64,000 bases of DNA from the human T2T-CHM13v2.0 reference genome, Homo sapiens. The position numbers and the translations under genes were made by a program. The stretch is taken from the NCBI RefSeq assembly GCF_009914755.1, contig NC_060945.1; one strand, written 5' to 3'. The notes under the pieces were generated by a model. It saw only the letters and a program-made list of their open reading frames with translations, was not told the DNA's origin and did not search any database. Below are positions 1 through 12,293 of the stretch, one piece after another (within the stretch, counting starts at the first letter, position 1; each line of letters begins with the position of its first letter).

Positions 1-547
1 CTGATAGCTGAAGACAAAGGACATACTCTCTTGGAAGCTCTGTGGCCTCATTCACCACCTGAGAAACCTGAATACTTATCCAGGTGACCCTAAGACAAGC
101 TTGCATCCTCCTTATACTAGGGCAGCTGATGCTCCCTTGAAAGGGCCACCTCCTGGCTTGAAGCCAACCAACACAAAACCAGTGCACTAACCAAAACTAC
201 AACCAAGACCCTCACAGAGTCCACTTCACTCCCCTGCTACTTCCACCAGAGCAGGTGCTGCTATCCATGGCTGAGAGATCTAAACATGGATCACACCACA
301 GGACTCTTGCAGACACTCCCAAGTACCAGAGCCTAGTAGCTCCACCAGGTGGCTAGACCCAGAAGAGCAAAAACAATCACTACAGTTCAGCTCTCAGGAA
401 GCCCTCCCTAGTGGAAGGGTGACAGCACCACGTCAAAGGAAGACATCTTGGGACAAAAGAATCTGAACAACAGCCATTGAGCCCCAGATCTACTCTCTGA
501 CATAGTCTACCAAAAATAGAAGGAACCAGAATAACAATTCTGGTAAT

Positions 548-1555
548 ATGACAAAACAAGGTTATTTAACAGCCCCAAAAGATCACACTAGCTCACCGTC
601 AATGAATCCAAACCAAGAAGAAATTTCTAAGCTGCCAGGAAAAGAATTCAGAAGGTTGATTATTAAGCTACTCAAGGAGACATCAGAGAAAGGTGAATAC
701 CAACTTAAAGAAATCAAAAAAAATGATACAGAAAATGATATGGATAGAAAATCTCCAGGTAAATAGACAGCATAAATTTTTAAAAAATCGCAATTTCTAG
801 AAATAAAGGATCCACTTAGAGAACTACAAAATACACTGGAAGTCTCAGCAATAAAATTAAACAAGTGGAAGAAAGAACTTAGAGCTCAAAGACAAGTCTT
901 TTGAATTAATCCAATCCAACAAAGATAAAGAAAAAGGAATAAAAAATGAACAAAGCCTCCAAGAAATTCGGGATTATGTTAAATGACCAAACCTAGGAAT
1001 AATTTCTGTGCCTGAGGAAGAAGAGAAAACTAGAAGTTTGGAAAACATATTTGAAAGAATAATGGAGGAAAATGTCCCTGGCCTCAATAGAGATCTAGAC
1101 ATCCAAATACAGCAAGCTCAAAGAACACCTGGGAAATTCATCACAAAAGCATCTTTGCCTAGGCACATCAGGTGATCTAAAGTCAAGATGAAAGAGAATC
1201 TTAAGAGTTGTGAGGCAAAAGCAACAGGTAATCTATAAAGGAAAACCTATCAGAATAACAGCAAATTTCTCAGCAGAAACCCTATAAGCTAGAAGGAATT
1301 GGGGTTCTATCTTTAGTCTCCTTAAACAAAACAATTATCAGCCAAGAATTTTGTATCCAGTGAAACTAAGCTTCCTAAATAAAGGAAAGATACAGTATTT
1401 TTCAGACAAACAAATGCTGAGAGAATTCACCCCTACCAAGCCAACACTACAAGAACTGTTAAAAGGAGCTCTAAATCTTTCAACAAATCTTTGAAATACA
1501 TCAAAATTGAACCTCCTTAAAGCCTACATCTCACAAGACCTATAAAATAATAACT
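548..1555 (+). pseudogene. Decayed L1 ORF1 (RNA-binding protein) within the L1PB
   Basis: ORF 548..766 matches the L1PB ORF1 N-terminus; downstream ORF1 motifs (ccaagaattttgtatccagtgaaactaagcttc) are broken by stops and frameshifts. Confidence 0.85.
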
Positions 1556-1599
1556 CAAGGGGAAAAAAAAGAAGGTATTCAGGAAACAACTAGAAGAAT

Positions 1600-4500
1600 T
1601 AATAGAATAATAACTCACTTCTCAATACTAACCTTGAATGTAAACAGCCTAAATGTTCCATTTAAAAGATACAGACTGGCAGGATGAATAAGAATTTACC
1701 AAGCAAGTTTCTGCTGTCTTTAAGAGACTCACCTAACACATAAGGACTCACATAAGGTAAAGGACTGAAAAAGATATTCCATGCAAATGCATACCAAAAG
1801 CAAGAAGGAGTAGCTATTCTTATGTCAGACAAATAAACTTTAAAGCAACAACAGTTTAAGAAAGACAAAGAGGGACACTATATAATGATAAAAGGACTAG
1901 ACTGACAGGAAAATATCATAATCTTAAATATGTATGTACCTAACACTGGAGCTCCCAAATTTATAAAACAATTACTACTAGATAGTGGGGGACTTCACTA
2001 ATCCACGGACTGCACTAGACAGGTCATGAAGACAGAAGGTCAACAAAGAAACAATGAACTTAAACTATATCCTAGAACAAATGGACTTAACAGATATTAC
2101 AGAATATTCTACCCCCATACTGAAGAATACACATTCTACTCATTAGCACATTGAACATTCTCCAATATAGACCATATGATAGGCCACAAGGTAAGTTTCA
2201 ATAAATTTAAGATAATTGAAATTATATCAAGTACTCTCTCAGACCATAGTAAAATAAAATTGGAAATCAACTCCAGAAGGAACCTTAAGACCATGCAAAT
2301 ACATGAAAATCGAATAACCTGCTTCTAAATGATCATTGGGTCAACAATAAAATCAAGATGAAAATTAAAAAAATTTTTTGAACTGAACAATAATAGTGAC
2401 ACAACCTGTCAAAATCTCTGGGATACAGCAAAGGCAGTGCTAAGAGAAAATTTTATAGCCCAAAATGCCTCCATAAAAAAGTCTGAAAGAGAAGAGGTAG
2501 TCAATCTAAGGTCACACCTCAAGAACCTACAGAAACAAGAACAAACCAAACCCAAGCCAAGCAGAAGAAAAGAAGTAACAAAGATCAGAAAACTAAATGA
2601 AGTTAAAACAAACAAACAAAAAAATGCAAAAGATAAATGAAACATAAAGCTGCTTATTTGAAAAGATAAATAAAATTGATAGAACATTAGTGAGATTAAC
2701 CAATATAAGAAGAGAGAAGATCCAGATAAGCTCAATTAGAAATGAAATGGTACATATAATCAATAACACAGAAATACAAAAGATTATTCAAGCCTATTAT
2801 GAACATCTTTATGAGCATAAACAAAAAACCTAGAGAAGATGAATAAATTCCTGAAAATGTACACCCCTTCTAGATTAAACCAGGAAGAAATAGAAACTGA
2901 ACAGACCAATAACAAGCAGGAAGACTGAAATGGTAATATAAAAAACTTGTCAATAAAAGTTCAGGACCGGAAAGATTCAAAGCTGAATTCTATTAGACAC
3001 TCAAAGAAGAATTGGTACCAATTCTGTTGGCATTATTCCAAGAGACAGAGAAAGAGGGATTCCTACCTAAATCATTCGATGAAGCCAGTATCACCCTAAT
3101 ACCAAAACCAGGAAAGGACATAACAACAAAAGTAAACTACAGACCAATATCCCTTATGAACTTATAATAGATACAAAAATTCTCAACAAAATACTAGCCA
3201 ATCAAAACCAACAGCATATCAAAAAGATAATCCACCATGATCAAGTGGGTTTCATATCAGGGATGAGGGGCTGGTTCAACTTACATAAGTCAAAAAATGT
3301 GATACGACACATAAACAGAATTAAGAACAAAGATCACATGATCATCTCAATAGACGCAGAAAAAAATTGACAAAATCAAGCATCCTTTCATGATTACAAT
3401 CCTCAGGAAAATTGGCATAGAGGGTACATACCTTAAGGTAATAAAAACCATTTATGACAAACCCACAGCCAACACTGTACTGAATGGGGAAAGGTTCAAA
3501 GCATTCCCCCTGAGAACTGGAACAAGACAAGGATGCCCTCTTTCACCACATGAATTCACCATAGTACAGGAAGTCCTAGCCAGAGCAATCAGACAAAAAG
3601 AAAGAAATAAAGGGTATCCAAATTGGTAAAAAAGAAGTCAAACTGTTGCTGTTGACATATGATATAATTGTATAGCTAGAAAACCCTAAAGACTCATTCA
3701 AACTCCTAGAACTGATAAATGAATTTAGTAAAGTTTCAGGATAAAAAGAAATGTACACAAATCAGCAGCAATGCTGTACACCAGCAGCTAGCAAGCTGAG
3801 AATCAAATCAAGAACTCGACCCCTTTCACAATTAGCTGCAAAACAAACAAACAAACAAACATCACCACCACCACAAACAGCAACAAAAACTTAGGAATAT
3901 ACCTAACCAAGTATGTGAAAGACTTCTAAAAGGAAAACTACAAAACACTGCTGGAAGAAATCATAGATGACACAAAAAAATGTAAACACATCCCATGCTC
4001 ATGTATGGGTAAAATAAATATTGTCAAAATGACCATACTACCAAAAGCAATCTATAAATTCAATGCAATTCCCATCAAAATACCACCATCATTCTTCACA
4101 GGACTAGAAAGAAAAATCCTGAAATTCATACAGAACCAATGAGGAGCCTGCATGGCCAAAGCAAGACTAGGCAAGAAAAGAAAATCTGGAGGCATTACAT
4201 TATCCAACTTCAAACTGTAGTATCAGACCATAGTCACCAAAACAGCATGGTACCAGTATAAAAACAGTCATACAGACCAATGGAACAGAATAGAGATCCC
4301 AGAAATAAATCCAAGTACTTACAGTAAACTAATCTTTGACAAAAGAAACAAAAACATGAAGTGGAGAAAGGACACCCTATTCAACAAATGGTGCTGGGAT
4401 ATTTAGCAAGCAACATATAGAATGAAACTGGATCATTGTCTATCACCTTACACAAATATCAACTCGAGATGAACCAAAGACTTAAATCTAAGACCTGAAA

Positions 4501-5400
4501 CCATAAAAATTCTAGAAGATAACATTTGAAAAAACCTTGTAGACATTGACTTAGGCAAAGACTTCATGCCCAAGACCCCAAAAGTAAACACAACAAAACG
4601 AAAGAGAAACAGATGGAACTTAATTAAACTAAAAAGCTCTGCACAGCAAAAGAAATAATCAGCACAGTAAACACACAACTCACAGTGTGAGAAAATCTTC
4701 TGAAATTATGCATTGACAAAGGATTAATATTGATAATTTACAAGGAACTCAAATCAGCAAGAAAACAAACAAACAAACAAACAATCCCATCAAAAAGTGG
4801 GCTAAGAACATGAATAGACAATTCTCAAAAAAGATATACAAATGGCCAACAAATACATGAAAAAACACTCAACATCACTAATTATAAGGGAAATGCAAAT
4901 CAAAGCCATAATGTGATACTACCTTACTCCTGCAAGAATGATCACAATCAAAAAATCAAAAAATAATAGGTGTTGGCATGGATGTGATTAAAACGGAACA
5001 CTGTTACACCACTGGTTGGAAAGTAAACTAGTACAACCACTATGGAAAACAGTGTTCAGATTTCTTAACAGACTAAAAGTAGATCTACCATTTGATGCAG
5101 CAATCCCACTACTGGGTATATACCCAGAGGAAAAGAAGCCATTATGTGAAAAAGTTACCTGCACACACATGTTTACAGCAGCACAATTCACAATTGCAAA
5201 ATTTTGGAACAAGCCCAAAGGCCTATCAATTAATGTGTGAATAAAGAAAATGTAGTATATATTTACCATGGAATACTACTCAGCCATAAGAAAAAAATGA
5301 AATAGTGGCAGATACAGCAACCCGGATAGAATTGGAGAAGTAACCCAGGACTGGAAAACCAAAAATCATATGTTCTCACTCATAAGTGGGAACTAAGCTG
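1600..5400 (+). pseudogene. Decayed L1 ORF2 (endonuclease/reverse transcriptase) within the L1PB
   Basis: EN-domain start (ctcaatactaaccttgaatgtaaacagcctaaatg), gatagtgggggacttc (IVGDF), RT fragment ORF 3390..3629 and C-terminal fragment 5016..5240; many stops. Confidence 0.9.
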
Positions 5401-5699
5401 TGAGGATGCAAAGTATAAGAAGGATACAATAGACTTTGGGGACACAGGAGAAAGGGTGGGAGTTGGGAGATGGATAAAAGTCTACACATTGTGTACAGTG
5501 TACACTGCTTGGGTGACGTGTGCACCAAAATATCAGAAATCTCCACTAAAGAATTTATCCATGTAACCAAACACCACCTGTTCCCCAGAAACCTATTGAA
5601 ATAAAGAATAAAATCAAAAATACATAAGGAAATAAATAAACGTCTTCATTGTACAAGGCCCTCCTCTTGACACCAGACTTTCAAACATGCTATGTTTTC

Positions 5700-6000
5700 T
5701 ACGTGGAAGACGATGCTTTCCTTCTTGATTGACTTACCTTAGACTGCCGTCAGTTATCAGCTGAAAGGTTACTACATCAAGGAAACAACCATTCATTCTT
5801 TTCAGGGACTCTTGCTTTATACTCTCTCCACTAGAACTTTTCACTATAACTTGTCTGTTTAATTTTCTGTCTTAGTTACTTCACTGAGTCTTCTGGGAAA
5901 GAAGGAACCTGGTCTAACTTCCTTACGATTGTTTCCCGGCACCTAGCACAGTATGTGACACACAGTGACGTTAATAAAGATTTTCTGAATCCATCAATGT
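5700..6000 (+). mobile_element. LINE-2 3' end remnant
   Basis: cccggcacctagcacagtatgtgacacacagtgacgttaataaagattttctgaat resembles the L2 3' terminus. Confidence 0.6.
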
Positions 6001-6149
6001 ACATAATCATAGGTAATAAACAAAATATCACAAAGCTGAAAATACTGTGTATAAATAAACATAAGAAAGATCTGCTGACTTACAAGTACCTAAACATGTA
6101 CTTTAATACAAATAACCTCTTCTTATATTACCTAGACAATTTACATAAT

Positions 6150-6600
6150 TTTAATACAATATTGGAACTGAGTGAGAACGTAGCTACTTTTTCATACAAG
6201 GGAGGTAAATTAGTAAAATTATTTTCTAAATATATTTATATGTAGTTACAACATTTGTCACCTTTTTCCTAGTAAATCTGCTTTAGAGAGTACATTCCAA
6301 AAAAAATCAAAAAATTATTTTATTTATGTAGTCAGTTACTGTAGTGTTATCTATAACAATGAAGAATTGAAACAGCTCAAAGGTTTAAAAATAAAAGAAT
6401 ATTGAAAAAGGTCACATATTCGATTCTGTGTAATAAACTATTATGCATGCATAATAATGCAAATTAGCAGGATTATGTACTACCACAGAAAACCGTGCAC
6501 AGAAAAATATGTGGACAACATATAGAATAACTTGATTATAACTATATAAAATTTTTACATGTATATTTAAAGCAGTTTAAAAGTATGTACAAAAGGAAAG
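6150..6600 (+). mobile_element. Very old L1 (L1ME-like) 3' fragment
   Basis: Degenerate L1M 3'-region wording (ggtaaattagtaaaattattttc...cctagtaaatctgctttagagag...gttatctataacaatgaagaattgaaacagctcaaag). Confidence 0.4.
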
Positions 6601-7259
6601 ATTAATTCTTAGCTATGGATGCTCAAATCATTTATTGCTTTTGTCTCCCAGATGTGCCGATTTATTAACACTAAAACCTCGCTTGATGTGAATTTATTCT
6701 AAAGTTTTAAAAGTGATTATTACTTATATTTATGATATTAATCAATGATTCTCATCTCCATGGGAATACCTGTAGTTAATGTCTTTAAAGCATATTTACT
6801 TAAGTGATCTGGAGCACCAAGTTGACATTTCTCTTCTACCATATTGTGGCATTTGATTTCTTTTAAAATTGATTAGGTTGTACATACGTGATTTAGGCCA
6901 TTTTAAATGCATTACGTCTAATATGCCCGTTGGTTTTTAAAGCATTTCTTGGTCAATTCACCATGGGGTCATGTTAGATCAACCAGGTCAGGGCATAAAG
7001 TTCACTATCAATTAGTCTTCATATACTGGAAAATTAATCTTAGTGTTTCCTTCAGCCACATCCAACTTCCACTTTTTTTTCTTTTTTTTCTTTTTTTCAA
7101 ATCTCATTGCTTTACCAGTTTTTCTGTAGAAGCTCTACCAACTGATGTATCACTTTGATCCTCCAGGATGCACATAGAGAAATGAAACCTGAAAGAGACA
7201 GGAAGCCAAATTGGCCACCTAATGGCACCAGACCACAATGCAGAACAGAAACTTATGAA

Positions 7260-7592
7260 AAGAAATGGGAATAAGCTATTACTGTGCAGAAAGAGGATCA
7301 GACTGTAAGAAATATCTGGCAGGGTATCAGCCAAGCCAGTTGGAAAATCCAGAGCAAAATTACCATTGAGAAGAGTACTGTATTGGAAAAAAAAAAAAAG
7401 TCCAAATCACAGTACTCCATCACAGCTGAGATGCTCGGGCTGCCCAGATGAAGTATAATCTTGGCTTGAAAACCAAGAGGAATCCCAAGGCAACATGCAT
7501 TTAGAGGGTGCCAGCTAAGTGTATTCTTTGTACATGAGAGACAATTTCTTTCTTGAAGCTAGATACCAATGGAGCACCCCTGGCTGCCATAC
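7260..7592 (-). mobile_element. ERVL solo LTR fragment, LTR41-like
   Basis: ccagagcaaaattaccattgagaagagt...gagggtgccagctaagtgtattcttt...ttctttcttgaagctagatacc...ggctgccataca matches my recollection of the LTR41-group 5' end in reverse. Confidence 0.5.
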
Positions 7593-8299
7593 AGTCAGCC
7601 CTAGACTTCTGTCCTGTGTGATTTGACACATTGTTTAGATTTGTTCTTCTCCACTGGTCCTTTGCTTACCATGGTTTTTGGCTCATTCCATAGTTCTCTC
7701 TCTCTGGTCTGTAAATTAAATATGCTCACACTGGTCTCAGAAATTGGTAGCTGCTCTCAATTTACTAGTTTCAACTCAGCCAAATAAATACATGTTTATT
7801 TTGACAAATGAAGAAAGAAACATTGGGACAATAACATTAACACTCTGGCATAAAATTAAATCAAATTAGCCACTGATCACCTTCCACGAGAAGCTGAAAC
7901 TAATATAATAAAAAAAATCCTGGTATCCCTATATGATCTGACATATTTCAAACTATTCACTACCCATCACTATATGTTCTTTATTCCAGAGTCCCTATAT
8001 ATGGAAAAATTACACTTTCTATCTATAACACCAGGGTTGGACATGTGTCTTACTTTATTTAACAAAAAAGTGAGAGAAAATGTTATAACAAAATTCTGAA
8101 GTTATGTTCTGAAAGCTATCACACAGTTTTATTATTAGTCTTAATTTATACATTTTCCTCTTCCACAAGACTAACCAATAGTAGGAGCTCAGATAGGAGT
8201 TGTCTGTCTGATAAGGACAGAAAAATAAAATAATCTGAAACAATCCAACAAACAAAAAACAAAAGCGAACAACAACAAAAAAAACCCTACACAGTTGCC

Positions 8300-8408
8300 T
8301 CACAATAGATAGGGTGTGAGGTACAAATAAACCTTTGTTCTTTAAGCCACTTAATTTTTTTACAGTTTTCTGCTACTAAAAAATAACCTAGCCTAAGACA
8401 GTCGATGC
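8300..8408 (+). mobile_element. MaLR LTR 3' end (old MLT1 family)
   Basis: aaataaacctttgttctttaagccact...gctactaaaaaataacctagcctaagacagtcgatgc matches an MLT1 terminus. Confidence 0.55.
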
Positions 8409-8429
8409 TTTCCCTGGTCAACCTTGGGG

Positions 8430-8790
8430 GTTCGGTGTATGTAGTCTAAATGCGTGTCCTTAGGCTAACTGCTTTACATACTATGTTTCATCTATAACAT
8501 AGAATAAGAGTAAGCCTTGGTTTTCATGATAAACAAATGATACAAAACATGTAAATGACTGAGAAGAGTACCTAAAATATAACATATGCTGAATAAGTGC
8601 TGTTAGCTGTCACAAACAGAATGACTATTGCAACAGCTACTGCTGGTATTACTATTACTACTACTACTACTATAGCCCTATGAGAGACAGTGATTCAATC
8701 CCAATTTCTCTCATGTCTACCATTTGCTAGATTTATGGTCTGAGACAATTTCTTTAAACAATATGAGCCTCAGTTTCCCCAAATAAATTG
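8430..8790 (+). mobile_element. Two MIR fragments (~8430-8610 and ~8685-8790)
   Basis: MIR core (gagcctcagtttcccc; tttcatctataacatagaataa) and 3' end (tgctgaataagtgctgttagctg). Confidence 0.55.
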
Positions 8791-9559
8791 CTCTATACCA
8801 ATGTTTATTTTTTTACATCCGTAAAGTGCTAACAGCATATCGGACTCACAGTCCCCAGCCCAACTTACTTCTAAAAATAGTTTATAGGTCAGCAGTTTTC
8901 TTTTTGGTATTAACCTCTAATGGTCCATATCTAGCAATTTCTGTATCTTTTTTTTTCATTTCCTTTTAAACTGGTAAAGATGATCCACATATTGTTTAAC
9001 CTTTTGGTTCACCTTTATGAATATTCTAATATTACAATTTCATAATATTAATGCATTCTTCATCTAAGTAGAACTCCAAATGAATCATATTAGGTATCAA
9101 CGTTTCTGCTGTAAAAGTAACTCTACTAAATTTTATGCTAAGTTAGCAAACACTTAGAAATACCTAAGATGAATATAAATTATGGAGCCTCAAGAAACAC
9201 AGGTTAGAAGCTTCTCTTTCTTCTGGCATGTTTTCAGGGTTGAAAAATAATATTCTTTTCCATTTTCTTACTGGGGAAATGAAGCAAAAAGACAGCCTTT
9301 GTTTGGAATTCGATAATTCTTATTTCCTAAAATTTTCCATGCCACTCTATTCTTTCTACACAAAGCATCTTTTGTCACATGTGTGTGACATTAATTTTCA
9401 CTGCAACCAATTTTCATGAATTCCACAAACAGATTACATATGCTTTTAGTTACCAACACAACACAAAGCATATTTTAAAAATATACCTCATTTATCACTG
9501 AAAGAAATAAAGTAGAAAGGCTTAAGTTAGCTTTACTGCTAAGTTTTTTTAGATGCTAA

Positions 9560-10200
9560 ATTGCCTTCCACTCTTCTCTTTCTGGCTGCCTTGACTTCAA
9601 TTTCTCTTAAAATTCAGCCCATGCTCTATACAATGGCAAAGTTATCTTCATAAAAATTGAATTTGATTATTTCACTTCCCAGAGTACAGCCTTCATAGAC
9701 TCTCCAAACATTAGTAGAGTAAGGGTGAAATTATTCAGGATGATCTATTTGCTAAGCCTTCTTTCCTGAATCCCCATTTTCCTTGGGTTCCTGTGAAGCT
9801 ACCTACTTCTTTGTTTCTTCTCTAGCTATTCCCCAGCCTCCTTCTTCTAGACCTATAAAGATGGAATGAACATCTTCCACAATTTTGATCCTTTATGTTT
9901 TCATTTCTACTTCTATACCTCCCATAGAGATCTTAACTGCTGTCAAGCTGTTTTCCATGAATACCCACAAATATTTCTTGGAGCCCTGACACTAGCCCAA
10001 AGACCACCCCTGTGCTTTTAATGATTTGGTCAATATCTCCTAATGAGTGATCTAAAAGCACCTCAGATTAATCATGTTTAAAAGAAAATTTATTTTCCAT
10101 GCATCTATTCCCCTCGCCTATTAGCCCACATGAATATTACCTCCTCTTTCTGCTTTCCTTGCATCTATCAATGACCCCATCAGTATCTTAAATCTTAGGT
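9560..10200 (+). mobile_element. LINE-2 fragments
   Basis: Pyrimidine-rich L2 ORF2/3' wording (tctaaaagcacctcagattaatcatgtttaaaagaaaa; tttgattatttcacttccc). Confidence 0.5.
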
Positions 10201-10661
10201 TGTATAACCAAAATAGAACTGTGAAGTTGAAAGAATGTTTATAGATAATTTAAGCCTCCCTTCAGGATGCATAAATTTCCTCTACAAAGCACACTGGCCA
10301 AACTCTCTGTGAACCCTTAGTGATTGTAGGCTAGGTTGCGTGTTCATAGATTTTGCTCAGAAGATTGCTAGTATTCTCATGCAGAAGAGTTTAAAAGCCA
10401 ATATCCTAGACTACTTTTTTTCTCTATTCCTCAACATTTTTATTTCCTCATGCACAAATTGTGTCAATCACTTTAATGTTCCTAAAATGCAAATTTTTTT
10501 TTCTTTTTATACTTTCCTCAACTTGAGCCGTACCCATGAATCTCCCCTTGCACTATTGCTGCACTTGTTCAAGCATGCAAGATAAGGATGCTGCCAGTCA
10601 GCCCTGGAGAAAACCATTTGAGAGACTGAGACACTGTAGCTCTTAGAACTACAAGCCTGGT

Positions 10662-10893
10662 TATATTACTTTCCTCTTGCTGTTGTAACAAATTATAAAT
10701 AACTTTGTGTCTTAAAACAACACAAATTTATTATCTTTATACTTTTATAGGCCAGCTGTCCTAAAATAAATGTATTTCTTCTAGACTCTAGGGGAGAATT
10801 CATTTCCTTGCCTTCTCCAGCTTTCAAGGTCACTTACATTCTTTGGCTCATGGTCTCCATCCTCAGATCCAGCAGTGTAGTGTGTAGTATCAT

Positions 10894-10897
<4 letters not shown>
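10662..10897 (-). mobile_element. MaLR LTR fragment (MLT1C/D-like)
   Basis: gctgttgtaacaaattat...cttaaaacaacacaaatttattatct...ctctaggggagaattcatttccttgccttctccagcttt...cattctttggctcatgg. Confidence 0.8.

Positions 10898-10943
<46 letters not shown>
10898..10943. repeat. (CT)n microsatellite
   Basis: Perfect TC repeat read directly from the sequence. Confidence 0.98.
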
Positions 10944-10945
<2 letters not shown>

Positions 10946-12009
10946 TTTCTGAGAAGATGTACTGTGCACAAGTCCTATGACCTGAACTCATGCAGAAGCT
11001 GAAGGCTATGTCTAAGAGAGCAGCAGCGGGGGTCACTACCAGTTGTTTAATTCCTCTTAGAGAAGCTTGGTTAAGGACACTTTCCTGGTAAATTTTGGAA
11101 CATTTCTGCTAAAGATTTCTGGAACAGAACTTTTGCAGTTGCCATCTTCTAAAGGAAAGATTTATAGCTATGTTAAGAGGTTTATCATTTTCTCAAGATC
11201 TTTCTGCATATTCCCTTGCTACATTAGAGAGGTACATATGGTCTCTTCCTCCAGTTCTAAGTAGATAATAATTTCCTCTAGTGTTTTGGTTTGGTTTGTC
11301 TGTTCATTTTAATATTACTCTTATCAGCTTCTAACTTTTCTCATGTCTGGGAAGAGTTCTGAATGCCTGACTTTTGGCAAAATGCTGACAACTGAAATAG
11401 AATTGTAGCTGAACACTCTTTCCTCAGTATTTCCCAATCCATTGCATATGATATGCCTCTGCTTGTTTAAACTTCCTTGATGAAGTGTTTAACATCACTC
11501 TCTTCTTAGGAATCCTTATGGGTTCACTATGGCCAAATAAATCATACTGTAACTCTCTGCCATTGAATTGAGGATCCTCTAGGATCTATTCTCAGACCTA
11601 ACAGTAGAGACTTAACTTCATATTTCCCTATCCATAATTTATCTCCCATAAAAAGATATCAGAGCTTTTAATGTTGTTCTAGTCAAATTGTTCATGTTTT
11701 TAAAAGTACAATGTAAAAACCATGTGAAATCGTTAGTATTAGGTAAGAGTCACTGTTCCTTGCAATACAGTTTCCTCATTAGGTGTAACAATTTATGTTA
11801 ATGAAGCTTGATAGAGTGACCATAAATAATTGTAAATACTTAGGCGGTCAAATTTTGCTCAAGCCATGGGAATCAGGAACATATATTTATAAGGTTATAT
11901 ATGCAAACCCTCATCAGTTACTCACACCCTTCATTCAAACCTTTGTAGACAAGTGAGGGGTCAGTGCTGCCATAACATAGTCACTTAACAATTGTCTTCA
12001 TATTCTCTA

Positions 12010-12293
12010 AATGAAGTCCAGGCTGAAATGGTTTCAGATGAGGATGAGGAACTTATTTGGAACTGGATAAAGGTCACTTGCTATGTTTTAGCAAAGAGAC
12101 TGGAAGCAATTTGCCCCTGCCCTAGAGATCTGTGGAATGTTGAACCTGAGAGAGATGATTTAGTGTATCTGGCAGAAGAAATTTCTAAGCAGCAAAGCAT
12201 TCAAGATGTGACCTGACTTGTTTTTGAAAGCATACAGTCATATGCGTTCACAAAGAGATGATGTGAAATTGGCACTTATGTTTAAAAGGGAAG
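12010..12293 (+). mobile_element. Orphan MaLR internal fragment (MSTA/THE1-int type), no adjacent LTR
   Basis: aatgaagtccaggctgaaatggtttcagatgaggatgaggaac...gcccctgccctagagatctgtggaatgttgaacctgagagagatgatttag...gcagcaaagcattcaag; peptide NEVQAEMVSDEDEELI...CPCPRDLWN. Confidence 0.9.

Larger units (their letters stand above)
1..5640 (+). mobile_element. Near full-length LINE-1, L1PB lineage (5'UTR runs off the window; ORF1, ORF2, 3'UTR and A-rich tail present, all disrupted)
   Basis: ORF1 start MTKQGYLTAPKDHTSSPSMNPNQEEISKLPGKEFRRLIIKLLKE at 548. RT peptide [33 protein letters not shown] at ~3450-3545. C-terminal [13 protein letters not shown]...[13 protein letters not shown] at ~5030-5140. 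L1PB-type 3'UTR (tgcaccaaaatatcagaaatctccactaaagaatttatccatgtaaccaaacaccacctgttcccc) then an A-rich tail to ~5640. Confidence 0.95.

Noticed and set aside
548-5570. ORFs in the first L1 as functional genes or an active L1
   Set aside because: They are short fragments separated by many stops and frameshifts; the L1PB lineage is long extinct.
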